From assembly GCA_004431415.1 (NCBI GenBank), contig QPMI01000273.1, positions 13,965 through 77,964 on the forward strand: a stretch of 64,000 bases of DNA, in the 5' to 3' direction. Of the stretch, positions 9,801-20,800 are shown in pieces. Below the pieces are notes generated by a model. It was given only the letters and a program-made list of their open reading frames with translations. It was not told the origin of the DNA and searched no databases. The DNA is from Cyanophora paradoxa CCMP329 (taxonomy: Eukaryota > Plantae > Glaucophyta). A program made the translations under genes and the position numbers. The stretch's first letter is position 1. Each line of letters begins with the position of its first letter.

Positions 9801-11765
9801 CTACTCCCACGACACATAAAGAGCAACAAGAATCCAGGAAGGTAACTGTGCCGAGCGAGGCCCGCGATAGCACACGTCATATGCTGGGCCAAGCACCATT
9901 GCAGGTGCACGCAAGGCAAGCTGCAACTGTGGCCACCATGGAGCTGAGGGCCACTGAGGGACAATAAAAACTGCCGAGGCCCTACACTGGCGGACATGTG
10001 ACACAAGGTGCAAGAGAACATTTGGGTCCGGAAAGACGTAATTACGAGCACCACGCCAGGTTGCTGTAAAGCAATCATATCCTTCAGCATGTCGATCATT
10101 CAAATCAATGGAAAAGTATCGATTTAGGTGAGTGTTGGCTGATGAGGCCATACGATCAATATCAAAAGGTCCAAATGTCCGACTGACCATGGCAAAATAC
10201 CCAGGTTTCAAAGAGTAGTCGGCGGGGTAAAAGTAGCGACTCAAAGCATCGGACCACTCATTGTCAACACCAGGAATGTGTTCTGCTTCAATGCTGATGC
10301 AATTGAGCAGAGCAATATCCCAAATTGCTGCTGCAACTCGGCAAAGGTATTCATGTCTTCCGCCACCATTGTTGATGTAGGCCACAGTCACTGTGTTGTC
10401 CGAGCGAACTAAGATGTTCTGATTGCGCAATAAACCTTGATAGTGCTGCATAGCGCGAAGCACTGCCATTAACTCGCGCCACGACGAAATTTGCTGAGCT
10501 TCTTCTTGGTTCCACAGGCACTGGAATGGGGCAGGCTCAAGCTCCCAAGCCACAGGTTGAGCATCACCAATTCGGGTAGTGATCCAGGCTCCTGCACCAA
10601 CATGGCTTGCATCCGTAGTCAACACAAAGAGCCTTTCAGGCCGAATAGGGCAGCGGCCATTGTATCGGTGGATGTTGGCCAGCCACCACTCAAGTTCCCG
10701 ACGAGTCTCATTGGTGAGCTCCACTGGATGATTCCAATGCCATTCTCTTGCCACGACATTGATGTATCGAAAGAGGGACCTGGTCTTGATGCGAGCTGGA
10801 GCCAAGCCCCGTGCCATGGACACAAGGGTGCCGGCGACCTTGGCCATTTCACGTGCAGATGCTGATTTCTTTTTCTTCAGAAGCCCTTTGATCAAAGCAA
10901 GCAGACGACCAAGCTTGTCTTGGGGTACTTCAAACAACATGCGGGCGGAGTCCACTATGAAGCCCAAGAAAGCCACCGACTGTGCTGGGGTGAGCTCAGA
11001 TTTGCTGTTGACCACAAGCTTGAGGGCAGCAAATGTTTTGAGGACGAAATCCCGCAATTCACAGGCCTTCTCGTAGGTTGGAGCAGCAAACCACCAGTCG
11101 TCAACATAGTTCACCACGAAGATGCCAAAGCGGCGGAAGTAGTTGACCACTTGTCGCATGATCTTGACGAATGCAAACGGTGAGTGCTTGAGGCCGAAGG
11201 GCAAAACTGTGTACACATAGAATTTGCTGTCAAACTCAAAGCCCATGTTCCGCCAGTCTTGCGGTGAGACTGGCACGTGGTGGTATCCAGATTCAAGGTC
11301 AATAGTGAACATGTACCAGCCTTGGCGCAGCATGGCTGCAACATGCTCAAGAGTCTCATACTTGAAGGGGATGTCCGGAAGGCCTTTATTGGTAGGCCGG
11401 CCATCCCAGATGAGCCGCAACTTGGATCCAGTCTTCTTGGGCACCACGGACAGTGAGCAGACAATGTTCACTTGAGCTTCTTCAACTTCTCTGATCGCTC
11501 CCGTGCGCAAAAGCTTCTGAATTTCGGTTCTCACAAAGTCCTGATGGTCCACAGCCGCAGACTTGTGGTTGGCCCGGCGCTCTGCTGGCAGCCGCCTCGC
11601 TCCTGACAAAGGGAAACCACGCAAGATCCAGTTGAGCACGACATCATTGGCTCCAATCGCTCTCCACTGTTGGACTGCAGCTTGAATGCAGGATGCAACA
11701 AAGCCTCCTGCAAAGTGAGGTGAGGCCTTGCATTGGCAGACATGCCCAATTATCGCGGTGCCCAT
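9801..11765 (-). CDS. DIRS pol: reverse transcriptase, RNase H and N6-adenine-methyltransferase-like domain
   Basis: IDLESGYHH, LPFGL, YVDD (RT); TTDAS, WRELMA, SDNTVTVAYIN, SDALSR (RNase H); FGPFDIDRMAS...YVFPDP...VPQWPSAPWW (DIRS MT). Confidence 0.95.
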   Translation of the reverse strand: MGTAIIGHVCQCKASPHFAGGFVASCIQAAVQQWRAIGANDVVLNWILRGFPLSGARRLPAERRANHKSAAVDHQDFVRTEIQKLLRTGAIREVEEAQVNIVCSLSVVPKKTGSKLRLIWDGRPTNKGLPDIPFKYETLEHVAAMLRQGWYMFTIDLESGYHHVPVSPQDWRNMGFEFDSKFYVYTVLPFGLKHSPFAFVKIMRQVVNYFRRFGIFVVNYVDDWWFAAPTYEKACELRDFVLKTFAALKLVVNSKSELTPAQSVAFLGFIVDSARMLFEVPQDKLGRLLALIKGLLKKKKSASAREMAKVAGTLVSMARGLAPARIKTRSLFRYINVVAREWHWNHPVELTNETRRELEWWLANIHRYNGRCPIRPERLFVLTTDASHVGAGAWITTRIGDAQPVAWELEPAPFQCLWNQEEAQQISSWRELMAVLRAMQHYQGLLRNQNILVRSDNTVTVAYINNGGGRHEYLCRVAAAIWDIALLNCISIEAEHIPGVDNEWSDALSRYFYPADYSLKPGYFAMVSRTFGPFDIDRMASSANTHLNRYFSIDLNDRHAEGYDCFTATWRGARNYVFPDPNVLLHLVSHVRQCRASAVFIVPQWPSAPWWPQLQLALRAPAMVLGPAYDVCYRGPRSAQLPSWILVALYVSWE

Positions 11766-11833
11766 CTAGCACTGCTACAGCTGATGGTCCATGCAGCCGC
11801 TGGCTTGAAGATGGTGACACGCGAACGGGAAGA

Positions 11834-12055
11834 AGCTTAGAGGCCTTGGCTGCGAAGCAAGACTGAGGCTTGTACCCCAGGGGCGCACTTATAACTTGTA
11901 AGTGCGCCCCTTGTACATATGTGCGTAAGCAAGGCTGCCTTTATTTGGCAGCCATACACTGCCCTATGCTACGCTGACGCTCACATAGGTTCGAGTATGG
12001 CTGCCACGGCAGCCTTGCTTACAGCAAGCTAAGCACAACATGTCTTGTCATGAAG
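11834..12055 (-). repeat. Internal B1-A2 junction (A2 11834-11994, B1 11995-12055)
   Basis: Exact abutting copies of both element termini. Confidence 0.95.
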
Positions 12056-12693
12056 AATATAAGAGTGAGCGTGTCAATGTGCTTGTTGGTTCAAGTCTTG
12101 AGCTCACATGCACACACAGTGCCACAATGCACCCACAGTGCCACAACACATTTGCACAGGCATGGACTTTCTGGATGAATGCGCCAACCTGCGATATCAG
12201 CGGGAACAGTTGGCATCATGGAATCTTCGTACCCTTGTGTACTCCTCACCTGCAAAATGCACTAGGTTAATTTCAGAGCGCCCAGTATGCGATAGCGACA
12301 CACGGGAAGGCCGGAGGGGGCCAGGAGCTCGACAGCCAGCAGCACTCCTGACCTGTGCTGGAAACAGGTCAGTTGCCGGGAGTCAGCTGGGGCTCTGCCA
12401 GGTTGGAGTCATCCAGACGGCAATATATGCCACTAGCATTGAAAAGAAAAGTAGACTACAATCACAGTCACACTTCACAGTGTTAACACATGCAAATGCA
12501 CACAGGACCAATGCATAAAGCCACAGCACGCCGGCGCCACCACGGCTGGTAATGACTATGCCGCACCCGGCCACAATGCCGCACCCGGCCACATGTACAC
12601 CATCACATGAAATGGAAGCATAATACATGTATTGCATGTTTAGGGAAGCATACACGCACACTCTAGATCTTCTGAAGACTGCACTTGCATATG

Positions 12694-13875
12694 CTAGCAA
12701 TACTTATGCTTGCAAGAACACACCGAAACACTAGTATCTAGCGAAATGCGAAACGAAAACTGCGCGTCCACACAAGGGCGCGCACGTCTACTTGGGGGGT
12801 CGCGCCAGCCGGGGCGCGGCTCGTTCGGGCAATCCTTCACGACATGCCCGGGCTTGTTGCAGCGGAAACACATCCCGCTGTTGCGCTGCGACGGCGGGCG
12901 ATCGCGGCCCTGGTGCTGGGGCCGCGGGTTGGCGTGCTGCACATACGGGCGCCCGCCGGCGGCCTCCGGGCCAGCAATGTTGAGCGCGTGCGCCAGCGCC
13001 GCAGCCGTGCCCCGATACTCCTCTGGCACACCTGCCAGCCGCTCGGCAAGCTTGTCGCCGCCCTTGTCGCGAATGTCGATCCGCTTCCGGAGCTCGTCGA
13101 GGATTTTGAGGCTCTGCTTTACGTGATCGTAGCACGCAGTGCACGAAGAGCATCTCTTGAGCTGAAACTTAAGCTGCGATAGCTGCAGGGCAAGCTCACG
13201 AAGCCACGGGTTTTTGAGCTGCATAGCCTCATGGTTGTCTTTCTGCTGCTCGCCGAGCTGCTGCTGCTGCTGCTCTTGAAGCTTGATGACCGCGCTATCT
13301 ATCCCACGCTGAAGTAGCTCAGCCCACGCTGGCGGAAGCGCACCCGCTGCCGGTTTGGTCGACGTTGGGGCAGTCGAGTTGCCAGCGGGTACAGCATAAG
13401 GGCCTTGAAGGTGACGGGTGAAGCCGGTTGACGGGCCAGCCGCGCCCGGATCCACTTGCGCCAAGTTCGGAAAGTTGCGCGCAGCCACTTGCTCTTCCTC
13501 GTCGTAGGCGCCACCGAACTGCTCACGCTGTGCCAGTCTAACGGCAACGTCGTCCTCAGGTTCATCTTCTGGGTCGGACTGCTGCTGGTCCGGATCCGGC
13601 GACACGGCTTTCTCCTTGCCTTTGCGAGATCGCGTCGGCGGAGGTGCAGGCTGCTCCTCCTCCGCACTGTCGTTGGCCGGAGCTTGAAGACGAGATGACG
13701 ACCTCCGGGCCTGGGGCGCGGGGGTCGTCGCCGTCTTGGGTTTGGCCGACTTGCGCGCACCAGTGGCCGTTGACTTGCGTTTCTGCGCCGCCTCGGCACA
13801 GGCGACGAGCAGAATGATGGTCAAGACGACTACGAACAGAGGGGCCCACGATGGGCTCCTCCGCGAGCGAGCCAT
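12694..13875 (-). CDS. Gag-like protein with CCHC zinc knuckle
   Basis: CFRCNKPGHVVKDC knuckle; Q-rich, possibly coiled-coil middle; ATG 7 nt after repeat A1; the true stop may be 12788 if a G-run is miscalled. Confidence 0.85.
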   Translation of the reverse strand: MARSRRSPSWAPLFVVVLTIILLVACAEAAQKRKSTATGARKSAKPKTATTPAPQARRSSSRLQAPANDSAEEEQPAPPPTRSRKGKEKAVSPDPDQQQSDPEDEPEDDVAVRLAQREQFGGAYDEEEQVAARNFPNLAQVDPGAAGPSTGFTRHLQGPYAVPAGNSTAPTSTKPAAGALPPAWAELLQRGIDSAVIKLQEQQQQQLGEQQKDNHEAMQLKNPWLRELALQLSQLKFQLKRCSSCTACYDHVKQSLKILDELRKRIDIRDKGGDKLAERLAGVPEEYRGTAAALAHALNIAGPEAAGGRPYVQHANPRPQHQGRDRPPSQRNSGMCFRCNKPGHVVKDCPNEPRPGWRDPPSRRARPCVDAQFSFRISLDTSVSVCSCKHKYC

Positions 13876-13881
13876 GACCTC

Positions 13882-14042
13882 AGCTTAGAGGCCTTGGCTG
13901 CGAAGCAAGACTGAGGCTTGTACCCCAGGGGCGCACTTATAACTTGTAAGTGCGCCCCTTGTACATATGTGCGTAAGCAAGGCTGCCTTTATTTGGCAGC
14001 CATACACTGCCCTATGCTACGCTGACGCTCACATAGGTTCGA
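13882..14042 (-). repeat. Split direct repeat A1 (element 5' end; probable promoter)
   Basis: Identical to 11834-11994; contains a TATAA-bearing hairpin about 65 nt upstream of the gag ATG. Confidence 0.95.
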
Positions 14043-14852
14043 ATAAAATGGCGGTTCGCTTAATCACCTGTTTTTCTATATATCGTGTCTAGATCTGAAG
14101 CTTCGAACTCGATCGAGCAGCAATTTGCAAGGCCTAGGCCCTAGGGACGGACGAAATGGGTACGAAATGGGAGGATATCGATCGGGAGTTTGAGAATCGG
14201 AGGATCAGGAGACAGCGGATCCGGGGTCGCATCCGGGGGGCAGTGGCCGAGTCGGTTAGCCTAGTAGAGCACGGGAGACTCCGGGGAGAGCCTCGAAGAG
14301 GCCCGCGCCGCGGCCCGCGCGGCTTATCAACCCCAAAGCATTTTTTTCGAGCTCACATGCGGCGACCATTCACGCATTTTCCGATTCATACGACGGCGGG
14401 TACGTGCTAGCTTGCGCATGCCGATCCGATCCGCTCAAACGCTAGCTACCGGATCATGAGATCTAGCTAGAGATCTTTTGCACGTGTCTAGATCTGCAGG
14501 TGACTGCAGCTGCAGCCGGCCTGGCAGCTACAGGCTACTTCTGAAGCCGCAATCGGGATCGGGATCGGCGAGTCGGGAGACTCGGGACTCGGGACTCGCT
14601 GCCGATCGCAGCAGATCGAGATGGGAGCTCGAGGACATGGGATGCGTGCGCTCCTGGGTGTGCTCGCCGCGTACTCCGTGCTGCTGGCCATGGTCGTTGT
14701 CACACACGCATCGCCCGACAAGCTTAAGCACGGTGCGAGCCGCGCGCAACTGCCGTTACCGTACTGCAGCTGCGTTCGCTATCGCTCATGATCTTGCGCA
14801 GAGAAGCAGCACAGCGCGATCAGCGCACCGGAGCAGAGAAGCAGCTACGAAC

Positions 14853-17800
14853 ATGAGCGAACGTCAATTGCAACGGGTTCGAACTCGGCCGCGCGCGGGC
14901 CGGGGCACCCGGGACCCGGGATCTGCGCGCGCTATCTCATGCGGCCGTGGCGTCGCGCGGGCGCGGGGGACAGAGCCGGCGGCCGCACGGACCGGCGCGC
15001 ACTCGTTCGAGGAGGTGATGCGCCAGCTGGAGGAGCTGCGCGGGCACGTGGAGCACCTCACGCGATCCGGCCACACACACGGGTCGACGTCGGCTCACGT
15101 TCACGATCAGAGGAGACCCGCCGGTCACGACGCCGGCCCTGCGCCGCCCCGTGCGCCCCAATTTGCAAGCTTGCGCGCGCGATGTGTCCCACCCGCCGCA
15201 ATGTGTCCGGTCCGGATCCCATGACCCCCATTCTCTTCGCCTGCAGAGGACGCGTCGGCGTCGCAGCGGCAGCAGGAGCGCGAGGAGCTCGAGGCGGCGC
15301 GCGGGCGGGCGCGGCGGGAGGAGCTGGGGCGGCTGCGGGCGGCGCAGGAGGGCCACTACATCGTGGGCCTCAAGGACGGGGCGACGGAGGAGCACGTGGA
15401 GGCCGTGCGCGGGCACGCGCGGGCGGCCGCCCGCCGGCACCACGGCGCCGCCCACGAGGAGCACGTCCGCTTCCGCCACTCCTTCTCGCGCGCCCTTCGC
15501 GGCTTCTCCGCGCGGTGCGCGCGCGCGTGCCTCCAGCGCCCCCCGACCGCGAGGACTTGCAGATTGGTCTGAGCGCCCCCGGCCGGCAGGCTGTCGCCGG
15601 CGGTGAAGGCGGAGCTGGAGGCGCACGAGCGCGTCAAGTTCGTCGCCCCCGACGGCGTGCGCCGCCACTGCGCATGCGCCCCGGGCCCCCGCCACGGCCC
15701 CGGCCGACGGCGGAGGCGCGCGGGGGCAGGTGGTGGTCCCCGCGCAGTACGCAATCTCGCCGGAGACGCCGGCCCCCGACTTCACCTCCTACGTCACCCC
15801 GCGGGACGCCTGCTGGACTCAACAATACTTCATCTACAGCGACACCTTCCGCTCCCCCCTGGCCTGCCCCGTCATGCCCTGGGCCCTCTCCATCCCCTCC
15901 GACCCCGCGGACATGTCGAGCCCCAACCTCGCCTGGCACCTCGACCGGTGATCACGACGAGCCTGCAGCGCCAGCGCCAGTCGAGAAGGAATCTCGGGCT
16001 GACGGCTGGCTTCGAATCCGGCGCAGGCTCGACCAGCCAACGGGCGGGATGACGCTGGACGGGCGCTTCGACCGCGGCACGGCCGGCGGCGAGGGCGCCG
16101 ATGTCTACGTCATCGACACGGGCATGCGGGGCGACCACCCGCAGCTCGCCGGCCGCGTGGTCTGCACGTTTCCCTTCGCGCCTCTGAAACGCGTATCCTC
16201 GCGATCATTGACGACCACGTACCCCTTCTAGGTACCCCTGTTCGACGTCGACGCGAACAGCGGCGCCGGCGGGGCGTCGGACTGCTCTGAGAACTTCCAC
16301 GGCACCGCCGTTGCTTCCGTGCGCGTGTTTAAATTTTCTGCTGTTTAGAGATCTAGACATTTAGTGGCTCGAGCTGAAGTCCCTGACTGGAGCTCGCAGG
16401 TGGCCGCCGGGTGGAGCGTGGGTGCGGCCCCCAAAGCGAGCGTCTTCTCCGTCAAGGTCTTCGAGAGGGCCCCGAGCTCGAGCTCCGGCGCCTGCTTCGC
16501 GGCGACGACGGACAGCCTCGTCATCGCCGGCATCGACGCCGCCATCGCCAGCATGCGGGAGCGCAACGCCACGCGCGCCGTCCTCCTCGTCGCCCTCTCC
16601 TCCGCCCCCGCCTCCCCGGGCACCCCTCTGAAGGTACAGCCCCGCCCGAGCAGTTGCTCGTCCCCCTCGCGCTCGCGCGCGCTCACCGGGCCGGGGCGCC
16701 CCAGGTCAACCCCGCGTACACGGACGCCTTCGCCCGCGTTCGCGCCGCGGGCGCACTCCCCGTCACCGTGCGGCTCTGCTGCGGCCCCAGATCTGATCTG
16801 CCGTGACTGGGTCGCTGACTGGGACCGGGCCCGCAGGCGGCGGGGAACCAGTACGGGGACGCATGCGACGCGATCCCGGGCAACTCGCCCGGCGCGATCA
16901 ACGTCGGAGCCAGCGACCAGGACGACTACCGTGCCGGCTTCTCCAACTGGGGCAGGTCCGCACAGCGCTTGTGGTTGATCATGAGTTCTTCTCTTCTAAG
17001 ATGTGTATCGCAGTTGTGTGGACCTGTTTGCGCCGGGCCAGAACATTCGGGCGGCGGCCATGATGCCCTCCACCATCCCAAGCACCAGTGTCAACAGATA
17101 TGACGGGGAGCACTACTACTGGAACACCGGGAGCGAGTACCAGACGTCTTCGTACTCGCTCGCGATCGTGCACGGGACCTCGTACGCGGCGGCCCTCGTC
17201 GCCGGCGCGGCGGCCCTCTACCGCGGCGCCAACCCCTCCGCCGACGCCGCCGTCCGTTCGAAAGCATTATTTGATTCTTATCGAATTCTTATCGTCCTGC
17301 CGCGTGACCCCGAGCGCCTCAGGCCGTGGAAGCGGCGATCTTGGGAGCTTCTCTCCCCGCGCTCGATCCGGCCGGTCTGAAAGGGGCTCCCAACCGGCTT
17401 CTCAACACGCGGGCCTTTGGGCTGAACACCACTGGTGCGCGCGCATGCACGGCAGCTTCTAGATCTGCGCCCGCGCAGTGCGGCCGGCGCGCTGACGGCG
17501 TGCCCGTGCCGTCATGCGCAGCTGCGGCCGCAGGGGAGGAGGTGGCCGTCGGGCCGGCGGCGTACAGGGCGGAGCTCTTCGCGGGGCCGACGGCGCGCTG
17601 CAACTCGACGACGCGGAGCCTCGCCGGCCTCCCCCGGGACCTCCACCGCTTCCGCTTCTTCATCGACACCTCGGTCTCGTATATGGTGACCTCCTGCTCC
17701 GGGGGCTGGCCCGCCTGCAAGAACGTCGACGTCAAGACGGTCCCGCGGTGGGGCGGTGGCCTCAGCGGCGTCTACCTCACGCGCGTCCGCTTCGAAGAGC

Positions 17801-20800
17801 ACGGGTGAGGCCGCGTCGTCAATGACACCCGGGCCCGCGGTCGCGGTCGCGCGTTGCAATTGACGGCCCGGGTCGGGTCGGGTCGGGCAGGCGCTCGCAC
17901 TTCCCCATCTTCGACGTCAGCGGCGGCCAGGCGATGGTCTACGCGGGGAACCCCGCCATGCCCTCCTACCAGATCGCGGAGAAGCTCGCCTCGGACGCCG
18001 CCGGCGAGAACCGTGCGGAACGCGATTGAGAAAATATTCGCTGTCCGATTGCGAGAATGTTGATATCAATGCGTCTTCGCAGTGCCGTTCGACCCGAATG
18101 ATGGGAACGGGGCCTTCTGGATCCGACCCGGCACCTACTATGTGCTGATCCAGGTCAGCGAACTCGAGCATAAAGCGCCCCAAGCTTCAGTGCGGCGCCC
18201 TGTCGTGAAATCCGCCGTTCACCGTGAAGCGTGCGCACGGGGCCGCAGGCATACGGGGACGCCACGTTCCGTCTGAACGTGCACGACCACACGTGCGCGC
18301 CGTCCTGGGCGAGCGTCGAGTGCCCGGCCCGCTGACGCTGACGCCCCCGCGCCGGCCGGCTGGGCGCGTGCGCGTGCGCAGGTGCCCGACGCCGAACCCC
18401 CACTTTGAGGCGCTGGCCCTCAAGTCGGAGGGGGCGTGCCGGTTCGCCGAGTTCCCCCTGTGCGGGGCGGCGACGCTGGTGGCGGCCCCGGAGAACTCGG
18501 TCGGCCTCAACCAGTCGGACCTCTTCGCGCGGGCGGGGCTCCCCTCGCAGGCCCCCGGCCCCTCCCACACCACTCGCGACCTCGTCATCCGCGCCTCCTT
18601 CCCCTACGGCTCCGGAGGTCCCCCCCGCCCCGCCCCGCCAGCCCCCTTCCGCGCCCCCGCGCTCCGCCAAACTCTGGTAGCCCCTCTAACTCTCCCCCCC
18701 AGCGCTGAGCGCCGGCTGCGGGTTCTCGTACGCGCCCTCGGCCGTGTACATCTTCGTCATGGACGGCTGCCCCTCGTCCCCCCACTCGCACGTCCTCGCC
18801 AGTGCGCGCCCGCGCCCGCGGCCTCGGGCGCGCGCCCCGTGTAACGGGGAGCGGCCGCGGCCCCGCGGGCAGGCATGGCGTGCCAGTCCCCGGTGGCCGT
18901 CTCTTCCGCCAAGGAGCTGCTGCCGGGCACCTACTACTTCGTCTACCTCTTCCGCGCCTCCGCCACCGACGCCGTCTCCTCGGCGGCCCCCTACATCGGC
19001 CCCCCCGCCACCCTCTCCTTCGGGACGCCCCAGCAGCGCGCCGCCTTCTGCGCCTACGGCACCGCCCCCGCCCGTCCGCCCCCTCTGCAGCCCCCTCCTC
19101 TCTCCCTCGCGCCGGCCGCTGACCGCGCGTGGCCGCGGCGCCCCGCAGGCCCCGCGTGCGGCGCTGGCGTGGCCGCCCCACTCCCCTACTGCGGGTCGCG
19201 CGGGGCGTCCCTGCGGGGCCAGCCGAGCGTGCTCGGAGGGGCGCGGGCGGGGAGCGCGGCCGCCTTCGAGCTGACGGAGCTCGGCTTCGCCAGGCGCCCC
19301 GGCCCCCCGCAGTCCCGCGGCCCGCTGCTCACGTGTCTCACGCGCGCGCAGGGTGGGCACGCGCGTGAGCGTCTGCGGGCCGGGCCTCGACTTCGTGCCG
19401 ACCCTCTACCTCTTCTACGGCTGCCCCAGCGACCCCGCCGCCTCCCGCGTCTACTACGGTGCGCGCGGCAGCCCCCGGCGGCGGCCCCCGCGTGCACGAG
19501 ATGAGCCCGGCCCCGGGCAGTGACGGGGTGCGAGATGAGCGTCTCGGCCTTCCACACGCTCTCCATCGGCTCCCCCATCTACCTCGTCGTCGAGGGCGCG
19601 CCGCCCGCGCCCTAGGCCTCCGGGGGCTCCATCCCGGTGCCCTGGCTCTGAACGGGGGCGGGCCGGGCGGTGGGGCAGGCGTCCTCACGGGCGACCGGTC
19701 GGGCAACTTCACCATTACGGTGCCCCCTGCGTCTTCGTGCCCGTGCCCCCCAGGCCCGGACCTGAGTCCGCGGTCGCCCCGCGCAGGTGTCGGACCCGGA
19801 GTGCGGCGGGCACTTTGCGGGGCCCGGGGCGGGTGCTCAGGAGCCGGGCCCCGGCGGCCCCGGCGCGCAGCAGTGCTTCCCCAACGCACCGCCCGTCGAC
19901 TACTACGACATAATCGTCCGCACCCCCCCCCTCCCCCTCCTCTCCCCCCCCCTCCCGCCCCCCTCCCTTCCCCCTGTCGTGATCGGCGGGCGCATGTGCA
20001 GTGCCCGCCGCCGATGACGCTCTCGCGCCTCTCGCCCGTGCGCCGGGGCGGCGCGGGGCCCGTCTTCTGCGGCGCCCCCGTCCCCGACCTGAAGGCCCGC
20101 CCCCCGGCCCGGCCCCAGCCCCGCGCGCGGCTCGCGATCGCTCGCTCAACCATCCCGCGCCGCAGGGCCTGCTGTTCGCGGAGTGGGGCGGCAACGTGAG
20201 CCTCTGGCAGAGCGAGGCGCCCGGCGAGGGCCTCCTCCCCGCCGTCACCTCGTACCCCTCCAACGCCGCCTGGACCGCCGCCGGGCTCCCCGCGAGCCAC
20301 TCCGGCGTGCACAAGGCGACCCTCCACCCCGCGCCTTCTAACACACCGCCGCCCGCTGAGGGCGGCCGCGGCGCAGCTGGACTTCAACGTGACGAACGGG
20401 TCGGGGCGGGGCCCGCGCGGCGCCTGCGCCCTCGAGCTCCGCGTCGTCGACGCCGACGGGCCCTTCGCCCGCGCCGTGCGCCGCCCATCCCCGAGGCCCC
20501 CGCCCCGCCTCGGCTGCCGACCCCGCGAGCAGAGGTGCCCGCCGCGGGAGCAGGAGCTGCTGGCGAGGGCGGGGCAGTGCAGCGTCCCCGCCCCCGACCT
20601 CGTCGGCGACGTCGGGGTGCGCTGCCCCGGGCCGGGGCGCGGGCCCGCGCGCCTCGGACCCCGCCGCTGATGCCGGCGCCCAGTTCGACGTCTCGTGCGT
20701 GCGGCCCGTGGACGGCGCGGCGACGGCCGTCCAGAGCGTCGCCCCCGGCACCCCGGTCCGCGCTCTCCCACCCGCCGGCGCCCCATGGCCGCCCCCGCCC

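Larger units (their letters stand above)
8175..14042 (-). mobile_element. Tyrosine-recombinase retrotransposon (DIRS order, PAT-like, split direct repeats), 5868 bp
   Basis: gag, RT-RNaseH-MT and YR ORFs on the - strand; identical repeats A (161 bp) and B (61 bp) define both ends and an internal B-A junction; no target-site duplication. Confidence 0.95.

Noticed and set aside
9668-10099. Overlapping 143-aa ORF between pol and YR
   Set aside because: No recognisable motif; probably an alternative frame of the MT region
11834-14042. 161-bp direct repeats as LTRs of a small LTR element
   Set aside because: No TG...CA ends, PBS or TSD seen; explained by the A/B split repeats and the tyrosine recombinase
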